Source of the DNA: an uncultured Acidimicrobiaceae bacterium
Lineage (GTDB): Bacteria > Actinomycetota > Acidimicrobiia > Spongiisociales > ZC4RG35
Length of the DNA: 64,000 bases
Reading direction: 5' to 3'
NCBI GenBank assembly: GCA_964645875.1
Contig: CAZYCX010000001.1
Location: 1,007-65,006 of the forward strand
The translations under genes and the position numbers were made by a program. Shown one piece after another: positions 44,422-51,715 of this stretch; within the stretch, counting starts at the first letter, position 1; the number at the start of each line of letters is the position of its first letter. The notes under the pieces were generated by a model. The model saw nothing but the letters and a program-made list of their open reading frames with translations. It was not told the origin of the DNA and did not search any database.

Positions 44422-45174
44422 TCAGGGCTCGACGACCAAGTCGATGACCATGTTCTCATGTCCCGGCACCACACAGATCACCGTGTACTCGCCGGCAGCC
44501 AGGTCGAAGTCGGCGCGCTGGGCGCTGAATCCGGGGGCGTCGATCTCCAGGTCCAGCTCCTCGATGGTGAAGGTGTGGCGGATCCCGTCCTGGTTGTCCA
44601 ACCAGAATCCGGTCTCCCCGGCCGAAACGACGATCCGCTCGCGGTCGAACTCGACACCGCTGGCCACGACTTCGACATCACCGGGGCTCGGCGCGACCGA
44701 TTCGACTCCGGAGGCGGCCGCCATCGAGACGACCACGCCGAGGGCGAGGACGCCGCCCCACGAGTAGTAGACCAGCCGACGGGTGTCGAGAGCCCAACCG
44801 AAGAACGCTGCCAGTCCCCCCACCGCCACGACGGCCGCGGCCGACGTCACCAGGAGGGTGAGCAGGAACGCGATCGGAGACGACGGATGACTCAGCTCGT
44901 CGATCGTCATCGGCAGGTTGCCACCCACCGCCAGCAGGGCGAGCAGCGCAGTCACCAATGCGAGACGGCGTCGTTCACCCTTCAGGAACACGGCCAGAAC
45001 CGTGAACACGACCCCGATGACGGCCACCGGAGGGATGATCTCCCCGGCCAGCGTCTGGAGTGCCACCGACCAGACACCGATCGTAAACGACCCCACCCGG
45101 GCCACCCTCACCCATCCGGACGTACCGGAAGGGGGCGGGGCCACCCTCTCCTCTATTTCCACTGTCTTGGTCAC
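44422..45174 (-). CDS. membrane-anchored cupredoxin (blue-copper-like) domain protein
   Basis: 250 aa, GTG start with GAGGAGG upstream. N-terminal TM helices, then VEVVASGVEFDRERIVVSAGETGFWLDNQDGIRHTFTIEELD...GEYTVICVVPGHENMVIDLVV. The H...C-x4-H-x2-M arrangement is a type-1 copper ligand set. Confidence 0.7.
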   Translation of the reverse strand: MTKTVEIEERVAPPPSGTSGWVRVARVGSFTIGVWSVALQTLAGEIIPPVAVIGVVFTVLAVFLKGERRRLALVTALLALLAVGGNLPMTIDELSHPSSPIAFLLTLLVTSAAAVVAVGGLAAFFGWALDTRRLVYYSWGGVLALGVVVSMAAASGVESVAPSPGDVEVVASGVEFDRERIVVSAGETGFWLDNQDGIRHTFTIEELDLEIDAPGFSAQRADFDLAAGEYTVICVVPGHENMVIDLVVEP

Positions 45175-45249
45175 ACCTGGCCTCCTCGCCTCGACGTAGT
45201 GACGTGAGGAGAGAAACTACTTTATTTATCTGAACAAGGCAATTAAATT
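45175..45249. promoter_or_regulatory. divergent promoter/operator region, conspicuously AT-rich
   Basis: GAGAAACTACTTTATTTATCTGAACAAGGCAATTAAATT runs directly up to the TetR ATG (45250), with no SD-like sequence. Imperfect inverted repeat CTCCTCGC...GTGAGGAG at 45182-45210. Confidence 0.45.
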
Positions 45250-45837
45250 ATGTCCGTGACTGGAAAACGCCGGTATCGACTGGGAAAACGTCAGGCTTCG
45301 GTCGAAGCCACCAAGCAGCGGATCCTCGACGCCGCCTCGTCTGCGTACCAGGAGCTCGGAATCGACGACACCTCGATGCAAGAGGTGGCCCGGCGCGCCG
45401 AGGTAGCCCCGGGCACCGTCCTCTACCACTACCCCACCCCCGAGTCTCTCGCCGACGAGGTGGTCGACTCGTGGATCGAGTCGATGGAGGCACCCCTGCC
45501 CGATGTCATCGACCCCGACGAGCCTCTCGACGTCCGCATCACCAAGCTGGTGCTCGAGCTATACGGCCTCTACGAGAGGACGGGCCACCTCTACCGGATC
45601 TATCAGAAGAGCCCCAATCACCCTTCCCTGCTTCGGGCCAGCGCCTGGTGGGAGGAGAACGTCACCACGATGATCACCAGGGCACTCGGCGAGCGCGTGT
45701 CCGACGAGGAGGCGATGAAGGTGATCTCGGTGCTGACCAACCCGGGCTTCCGGGGCACTCTGATCATGACCGGCATCGACTCCGAGCGCGCCGTCGGGAT
45801 CGCCACGAAGATGGCCTTCGACTGGCTCGAAGGCTGA
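45250..45837 (+). CDS. TetR-family transcriptional regulator
   Basis: 195 aa. KQRILDAASSAYQELGIDDTSMQEVARRAEVAPGTVLYHYPTPESL is a TetR HTH. Confidence 0.9.
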   Translation: MSVTGKRRYRLGKRQASVEATKQRILDAASSAYQELGIDDTSMQEVARRAEVAPGTVLYHYPTPESLADEVVDSWIESMEAPLPDVIDPDEPLDVRITKLVLELYGLYERTGHLYRIYQKSPNHPSLLRASAWWEENVTTMITRALGERVSDEEAMKVISVLTNPGFRGTLIMTGIDSERAVGIATKMAFDWLEG

Positions 45838-45865
45838 TCGCCGACGATGCGCGGAGTCGCAGGAC

Positions 45866-47284
45866 TCAGCGTCGAGCGATCTCGTAGTGAAGGCTCATGA
45901 ACTCGACGCCACCGAGATAGAAGCGCTGGTCGGTGAGCAACGCCCCGTCGACCACATACACCTCGATCTCCTCGTCGAACGCCTCCAACTTGGCGACGGT
46001 GACCTCTCCAGAGTCGGGGGCGATCGCGGAGAGATAGTGTCCCTGGAACGCCCCCTGACGGCTGCTGAGCGCCAATCCGTCGCCCTCGAGGTGTGAGGGA
46101 AGCAGGGTGGCGGTGAAACTGCCCGAAGGCAGGGGGAAGCCGACACTCACATAGCCGGTGTCTCCGTGGCGCACCGTGGTGTAGATGCCGACGAACAGCG
46201 GTTCGTTGGAGTCCTCGTAAGCACGCACCCAAGCCCTGAAGTCGGGGACCCCGTCGTCGTCGATGTCGATGGTGTCGATCCAGCTGACCACGCCACGAGC
46301 CACCTCCTCGAGCCGGAACGGGGCGTTGGCTTGACCGAGGGGCTTGGCCACCGTCTCCCGGTAGAGCAGGTAGGGCAGACGCATCCACGGCTTCCACCTC
46401 GGGGTGATCGACATCGTGAACCGGCTGGTGTGCTCGTAGAACTCGCGCACGAGCGGATGGGTGACACCGGGAGCGAATCCGGGGCCGGCGAGCTGGTCGA
46501 GAGAGTCGACGATGCCGACATCGGGTGGATTGCGCGTGAACACCGCCCCGGTGGCGTCGGCATGACGCGCCAGGTAATCGACACCCACGTATCCCTGTCG
46601 CTCGGCGAGCGGGACCACGAACGGGACCTCGTCGATGCCTGCTTGCTCGGCCATGAAGCGAACCTGCTCTCTCCCCCGATAGATCACGCCGGCGATGGTC
46701 CGGTACACGGCCACCGTGGCCGCGGCGACGACGCTCCACCCGACGTCGCCGGCGAGATAGTCGAAGCCGGCGCCGACGACCAGACCGACCACCACCCCGA
46801 GCAGCAGCTTGCGGAGACGGGCACCCAGGGCTGCCGCCCCAGCTCCCACCACGGCCCCGACCAGGAGGAGAGGCGAGTCAGGCAAGGCCAACTCGAGGAG
46901 CCAGCCCAGGGCGGCAGCCACGAAGACCGAGGCGAGGATCCGGACCCAGAGCGGTTGGGGACGACCCGGTCTCCGGGTGACGTCCGCCCAGCCCGACACC
47001 GCAGCCATCGTCGCTCCACCCCCGACGGTGGCGGCGACGGGCGACACACCTGGCAACCCGGACCCGAAGGCGGCTCCTCCCGCCAAACCGAGGAGGAGTC
47101 CGGTCAGGGAGGCACCGATGACCTGGCCCGGGGTACGAGAAGACGTTCTGGCCGGAGGCATCAGCGGCACGCTAGGAGATCTGTCGTCGACTTCGGCGCG
47201 GCGTGCCGGTCTACCGTCTCCGGACGTGGCTGCCGAAATCGTCGTCATCGGGTCGATCAACCGCGACCTCACCGTGGTCACCAC
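45866..47284 (-). CDS. hypothetical membrane-anchored protein with a ~270-aa C-terminal soluble domain
   Basis: Track ORF, 472 aa. The N-terminus is uncertain. The longest form overlaps the divergent rbsK start, and ATG 47161 (MPPARTSS...) is more likely. Gly/Ala-rich TM region, then ...HPLVREFYEHTSRFTMSITPRWKPWMRLPYLLY.... Family not confidently recognised. Confidence 0.6.
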   Translation of the reverse strand: MVTTVRSRLIDPMTTISAATSGDGRPARRAEVDDRSPSVPLMPPARTSSRTPGQVIGASLTGLLLGLAGGAAFGSGLPGVSPVAATVGGGATMAAVSGWADVTRRPGRPQPLWVRILASVFVAAALGWLLELALPDSPLLLVGAVVGAGAAALGARLRKLLLGVVVGLVVGAGFDYLAGDVGWSVVAAATVAVYRTIAGVIYRGREQVRFMAEQAGIDEVPFVVPLAERQGYVGVDYLARHADATGAVFTRNPPDVGIVDSLDQLAGPGFAPGVTHPLVREFYEHTSRFTMSITPRWKPWMRLPYLLYRETVAKPLGQANAPFRLEEVARGVVSWIDTIDIDDDGVPDFRAWVRAYEDSNEPLFVGIYTTVRHGDTGYVSVGFPLPSGSFTATLLPSHLEGDGLALSSRQGAFQGHYLSAIAPDSGEVTVAKLEAFDEEIEVYVVDGALLTDQRFYLGGVEFMSLHYEIARR

Positions 47285-48125
47285 CCGTCTCCCCCGACCC
47301 GGGGAGACGGTCCTGGGCAGACGTCACTACTCCGGTGGTGGAGGCAAGGGAGCAAATCAGGCGGTGGCGGCAGCCCGTCTGGGAGCCCGGGTGGCCATGA
47401 TGGGCCGGGTGGGCGAAGACGAGCACGGGAAGACCCTGCGCGGCGCGCTCCAGGACGAGGGAATCGACGTCTCAGGGGTAGGCGTAGACCCGGACACACC
47501 CTCAGGACTGGCGATGATCACCGTCGACGAGAACGCGGAGAACACGATCGTGGTCAGCCCTGGCGCCAATGCAAAGCTGAATCCGGAGCACCTCGACTCC
47601 GAACCGGTCGCCAATGCCCGAGTCGTACTCGCCCAGCTCGAGATCCCCCTGGAGACTGTGTCCGCGGCGGCAAGGATGGCCACCGGGGTCTTCGTCCTGA
47701 ACCCCGCCCCGGCCCAGGAGCTCCCCGACGACCTGCTGGCCGAAGTCGACATCCTGGTCCCCAACCGCTCCGAGTTGGGGGTGCTCACCGGTCGGGGCGA
47801 GCCCGTCACGGTAGAGGCCGCTGCCGCGGCGGCCGCAGCCCTTCGCCATGGCGGGGCGACCGTGGTCACACTCGGCGCCGCCGGGGCCCTGGTAGTCGAT
47901 GGGGAAGAGAGCACTGTGGTCCCCGCACCGGTGGTCGACCCGGTCGATCCCACCGGGGCCGGGGACGCCTTCTGCGGCGCTCTGGCAGTTTTGCTCAGCC
48001 GGGGAACGGACCTCGTCGGCGCGGTGACCGTGGCGGTGTTGGCCGGCGCCCTCGCCACTACCCGCCCCGGAGCCCAGTCGGCGATGCCCACTGCAGCAGA
48101 GGTGGAGACGGCGTCGAAGAGATAG
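47226..48125 (+). CDS. rbsK: ribokinase
   Basis: GTG 47226 within track ORF 46809..48125. VAAEIVVIGSINRDL...GGGKGANQAVAAARLG...NRSELGVL...DPTGAGDAFCGAL (PfkB/ribokinase motifs). Confidence 0.85.
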   Translation: MAAEIVVIGSINRDLTVVTTRLPRPGETVLGRRHYSGGGGKGANQAVAAARLGARVAMMGRVGEDEHGKTLRGALQDEGIDVSGVGVDPDTPSGLAMITVDENAENTIVVSPGANAKLNPEHLDSEPVANARVVLAQLEIPLETVSAAARMATGVFVLNPAPAQELPDDLLAEVDILVPNRSELGVLTGRGEPVTVEAAAAAAAALRHGGATVVTLGAAGALVVDGEESTVVPAPVVDPVDPTGAGDAFCGALAVLLSRGTDLVGAVTVAVLAGALATTRPGAQSAMPTAAEVETASKR

Positions 48126-49075
48126 TTACGATCGCCGCCATCGCCCGACCGATCATCATCGACACCGATCCCGGCCAGGACGACGCGGTCGCCGTGCTCG
48201 CCGCCCTGGCCAGTCCCGACGAGCTCGCCGTGCTCGCCATCACCGCCGTCGCCGGCAACGTGCCCCTCGACCTGACTGTCACCAACGCCCTGGCGCTGGT
48301 CGAATTGGCGGGCCGGACCGAAGTCCCGGTGTATCGGGGATCGATTCGCCCCATGGTCAACGCCCTGGTCACCGCCGAGTACGTGCACGGGCCCACCGGA
48401 CTGGACGGGGCCGACCTCCCCCCACCCACGATCGATCCCGGGCCGGGCCATGCCGTCGATCACATCGTCGACCTCCTCATGTCCCGGGAGGAGCCCACGA
48501 CGCTCTGCACTCTCGGGCCGCTGACCAACATCGGCATGGCCTTGGTCAAAGAGCCGCGCATCGCGGACAAGGTCGACCAGCTGGTGATGATGGGCGGCGG
48601 GTTCTTCGAAGGCGGCAACACCACCCCGGCGGCAGAGTTCAACATCTACGTCGACCCCCATGCCGCCCACGTGGTGTTCACCAGCGGGATCCCAATCGTG
48701 ATGATGCCCCTCGACGTGACCCACCAGGCCCTGTCCACCCCGGAGCGCCTGCAACGCTTCCGCGATCTGGGGACACCCGCCGGTGACGCGGTGACGGGGA
48801 TGCTCGGCTTCTACGATCGCCACGACAAGGGCAAGTACGGCATGGAAGGCGGGCCGCTCCACGACCCCACGGTGATCGCCTACCTCCTCGCACCAGAGCT
48901 GTTCGGCGGCAAGGAGGTGTCGGTCGAGGTCGAGACCGCCCCGGGCCCCACCCAGGGGATGACCCTGGTCGACTGGTGGGGTGTCACCGGCAAGGAGCCC
49001 AACGCCCTGGTGATGAATCAGATCGACGCCGACGGCTTCTACGACCTGCTCGTGGACCGTATCGGCCGTTTGTGA
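48125..49075 (+). CDS. inosine/uridine-preferring nucleoside hydrolase family protein (start codon unresolved)
   Basis: Part of fused track ORF 46166..49075. ...RPIIIDTDPGQDDAVAVLAAL...GPLTNIG...NIYVDPHAA.... There is no in-frame ATG/GTG/TTG between the last upstream stop-free junk and the DTDPG motif. The 5' coordinate is only the first codon after the rbsK stop. Confidence 0.8.
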   Translation, partial: VTIAAIARPIIIDTDPGQDDAVAVLAALASPDELAVLAITAVAGNVPLDLTVTNALALVELAGRTEVPVYRGSIRPMVNALVTAEYVHGPTGLDGADLPPPTIDPGPGHAVDHIVDLLMSREEPTTLCTLGPLTNIGMALVKEPRIADKVDQLVMMGGGFFEGGNTTPAAEFNIYVDPHAAHVVFTSGIPIVMMPLDVTHQALSTPERLQRFRDLGTPAGDAVTGMLGFYDRHDKGKYGMEGGPLHDPTVIAYLLAPELFGGKEVSVEVETAPGPTQGMTLVDWWGVTGKEPNALVMNQIDADGFYDLLVDRIGRL

Positions 49076-49277
49076 CGACATCCCCAACCCGTATGTGGAT
49101 GTGGGTTATCCCAGGACGCGCACCTAGCCTCTAACACCGACGAAGCGGAACCATCACCATCTCCATGGTTCCCGACTTCGACGGATGGGTAACCCCGTCC
49201 GGTTCGATCACCCTCCAGGAAAGGGAATCACCCATGACCGATCCATCACGCACGCGCGCGCAACGGGCTAGACGACG
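49076..49277 (+). promoter_or_regulatory. structured 5' leader of the SLT gene with a 15-codon uORF; possible riboswitch (class unassigned)
   Basis: Hairpins read by eye: GGAACCAT(49147-54)/ATGGTTCC(49165-72), extended by CGAAG/CTTCG; and GACGG(49180-84)/CCGTC(49195-99). Twin GGGTTATCCC (49103-12) and GGGTAACCCC (49187-96). The uORF 49234..49281 (MTDPSRTRAQRARRR) has AGGAAAGGGA upstream and ends in ATGA with the SLT start. Confidence 0.3.
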
Positions 49278-49670
49278 ATGAGCTTCCTCCTCACTCTCTG
49301 TCTCATGGTTCCCGGGGTCTGTGACAGCACCGGCCTCGACCATCTCGATGCCATCGGCCGCCACGGGGCCACCGGACCCGTCGAGCGCTGGCGTCCCCTG
49401 GTCGAGTCGCAGTTCCCGGCCGGCGAGGTCGAGACTGCGATGTGCCTCATCCGCCACGAGTCGAACGGCGATCCGGATGCCGACAACCCGCGCTCGTCGG
49501 CCCGTGGCCTGTTCCAGGTGCTCGGCTCGCTCTGGGCTCCCCACTACGGGATCAGCCGCGCCGAGCTGTACGACCCGCTGATCAACACCCGCGTCGCGGC
49601 CAGCATCTGGGAGAAGCAGGGCTGGTGGGCCTGGTCGCCGTACAAGCGGGGGCTGTGCCGGGGGCTGTAG
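49278..49670 (+). CDS. lytic transglycosylase (SLT-domain) cell-wall hydrolase
   Basis: 130 aa. ...AMCLIRHESNGDPDADNPRSSARGLFQVLGSLWAPHYG... carries the E-S-x-G and GLFQ motifs of the SLT/goose-lysozyme-like fold. Confidence 0.75.
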   Translation: MSFLLTLCLMVPGVCDSTGLDHLDAIGRHGATGPVERWRPLVESQFPAGEVETAMCLIRHESNGDPDADNPRSSARGLFQVLGSLWAPHYGISRAELYDPLINTRVAASIWEKQGWWAWSPYKRGLCRGL

Positions 49671-49737
49671 AACTTCGGCTGTGACCGGGCCCGGCGCGGG
49701 GGTGAGGCTCGATCGGCCCTGAGACCCACTGCACCGA

Positions 49738-49765
49738 GAGAGGGCGGCCTGAAGGCCGCCCTCTC
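49738..49765. terminator. bidirectional stem-loop terminator between convergent genes
   Basis: GAGAGGGCGGCC-TGAA-GGCCGCCCTCTC, a perfect 12-bp GC-rich stem with a 4-nt loop. Confidence 0.7.
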
Positions 49766-49805
49766 ATCCACACCCACCAGCGGACTGGGAGCTATCCGGT
49801 GAGTG

Positions 49806-50570
49806 TCATGGGGTCCGACCAGGGGTGGAGTCGGAGTTGCCGCCAGCATGCGGTGGAGGACCGACGTTGTCGGGCTTGCTTGCATGCGCCGGTGGGCCGG
49901 TGTCATCCGGGCGGCCGGCATGTGCCGGCCGTGCAGTCTCGCCGTCTTCGGACTCGACCAGGGTCTCAGGGCCGTGGTTGCACTTGGTCATCACGGTCTC
50001 GAACTCGATGGTGCCGTCCTCGGGATCCTCAGCCACATCGGTGGTGTCGACGTCTTCGTTCACCTGCTGGTCGCCCTTGCCGAGGTCCGACTGGGCGATG
50101 TGCCGGATCAGACAGCCCCGTCCGGGCCCGTCGTACATCAGGTTGAACAGTCGGAGGAACATGCCGTGGTTGATCTGGCCCTCCGGACCGGCAACGAAGT
50201 CACCGCTGACGGCGCACTCTTCATCCGGGCCGGGATAGGCAGCGGCTTCGAGACCCTCCTCGAAGTCCTCGTGGTCTTCGTTGGGCTCAAGTTCCACGGT
50301 TCCATCTTCGTCCTGGAGATCCTCGACGAGCAGATGGCTGTCGTCGACCCGGGTGTAGGTGGCTTGCAGCTCACCGTTCTCCAGGGTGCAGTCGTAGAGA
50401 CCATCACTGTCGGAGGCACCCCAGACGAACACGCCGTTCTCCTCGTCATATCCGAAGTTGAAGGTGGTGTCTGGCTCCTGGCCGGTGTCTTCCTCGGTGT
50501 CGGCGTAGGCCACACCCGAGGCGGCGAGCAGACCGACTATCGCCGCGAGGACGATCAGTTTGTTTCGCAA
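49806..50570 (-). CDS. secreted acidic protein of unknown function with a Pro/His-rich C-terminal repeat tail
   Basis: Start set at TTG 50570 with AGGAGA 7 nt upstream. LRNKLIVLAAIVGLLAASGVAYA is a signal peptide. Asp/Glu-rich body with ...GQINHGMFLRLFNLMYDGPGRGCLIRHIAQSDLGKG.... Tail: ARPAHAGRPDDTGPPAHASKPDNVGPPPHAGG. Confidence 0.65.
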   Translation of the reverse strand: MRNKLIVLAAIVGLLAASGVAYADTEEDTGQEPDTTFNFGYDEENGVFVWGASDSDGLYDCTLENGELQATYTRVDDSHLLVEDLQDEDGTVELEPNEDHEDFEEGLEAAAYPGPDEECAVSGDFVAGPEGQINHGMFLRLFNLMYDGPGRGCLIRHIAQSDLGKGDQQVNEDVDTTDVAEDPEDGTIEFETVMTKCNHGPETLVESEDGETARPAHAGRPDDTGPPAHASKPDNVGPPPHAGGNSDSTPGRTP

Positions 50571-50733
50571 GGTTCTGTCTCCTGGTTGCTGTCTCGTTCC
50601 CAGCCCTCTCACACGCCCGTAAACGCCACCCGGTGAAAGAGGGTTACGGTCGACTCCGAAATTTCTCGCCCGATGCCACCACGAGCCGGGAGATCTCGTC
50701 GAGAGGGTGAGTCTCGATCAGGAAGGAAGAGCG

Positions 50734-51660
50734 ATGAAGATCTTCTTCACCGGGGCCACCGGTGTCCTGGGCCGGGCGGCGATCCCACGTCTGGTCGCCG
50801 ACGGCCACGATGTCGCCGCAATGGCCAGAAGCGCGGCAGACCGCGAATGGCTCGACGATGTCGGGGCAACGGCCTCACAGGTCGACCTCTTCGAGACCGA
50901 GTCGATCGATCGGGGCGTGGCCGGTTCCGATACGGTGATCCACTTCGCCACCGCCATCCCTCCGATCGAGAAGATGGCCAAGCGCCAGGCGTGGGCGACC
51001 AACGACCGTCTCCGCGCGGAGGCCACCGGACTGCTCGTCGATGCCGCCCGCACCCACGGCGTCGGCAGGTTCATCCAACAGTCGATCACCCTCCCCTACG
51101 CCGACGGCGGGGACGACTGGCTCGACGAGGACTCTCCGCTCGATCCGGCCTGGGTCGTCCTCCGGTCGGCCCTGGACGCCGAAGGGCACGTGGACCGTTT
51201 CCGGAGAGGAGGCGGGGTCGGGGTCACGCTCCGGCTGTCCCGCCTCTATGGGCCGGGTCGCGCCTCCGCCGACTACATCGAAGGGGTCAGGGCTCGCAAG
51301 GTGCCCATCGTCGGGAAGGGCGACAACTACGTGTCCAGCATCCACGTCGAAGATGTCGCCGGCGCTCTCTCCGCCGCCCTCACCGCCCCGGACGGGGTGT
51401 ACAACGTGACCGATGACAGCCCGGTCACCGCGGCCGAGTACACCGGCTCGCTGGCAGAACTGCTCGGCGCCCCCGAACCACGGCATCTTCCACACTTCGT
51501 CGCCCGACTCGGCCTCGGGGAGGCCATCACCCTGCTCACCGCGTCACATCGGGTGTCGAATGGCCGTCTCCGCGCTACCACCGGGTGGGCCCCTCGGTTC
51601 GCCTCCGTCGTCGACGGCTGGCGGGACATCGCCGCCCATCTCCCCGAGCCACCTGCCTGA
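50734..51660 (+). CDS. NAD(P)-dependent epimerase/dehydratase-family oxidoreductase
   Basis: ATG 50734 with GGAAGGAAG upstream. MKIFFTGATGVLGRAAIPRLVADGHDV is a Rossmann GxxGxxG motif. Confidence 0.85.
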   Translation: MKIFFTGATGVLGRAAIPRLVADGHDVAAMARSAADREWLDDVGATASQVDLFETESIDRGVAGSDTVIHFATAIPPIEKMAKRQAWATNDRLRAEATGLLVDAARTHGVGRFIQQSITLPYADGGDDWLDEDSPLDPAWVVLRSALDAEGHVDRFRRGGGVGVTLRLSRLYGPGRASADYIEGVRARKVPIVGKGDNYVSSIHVEDVAGALSAALTAPDGVYNVTDDSPVTAAEYTGSLAELLGAPEPRHLPHFVARLGLGEAITLLTASHRVSNGRLRATTGWAPRFASVVDGWRDIAAHLPEPPA

Positions 51661-51715
51661 GGAACGCTGTTCCGGCCTCCACCCGACGCTGGTTGCCGAT
51701 ACTTAGGATGTCGCG

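Noticed and set aside
46166-48124. N-terminal two thirds of the 969-aa track ORF 46166..49075 (+), and the 576-aa antisense ORF 47357..49087 (-)
   Set aside because: Only the last 317 codons (the nucleoside hydrolase) have family motifs. The remainder overlaps the hypothetical gene 45866..47284 and rbsK in other frames and reads as low-complexity Arg/Gly/Pro. The 576-aa minus ORF is antisense to rbsK and the hydrolase.
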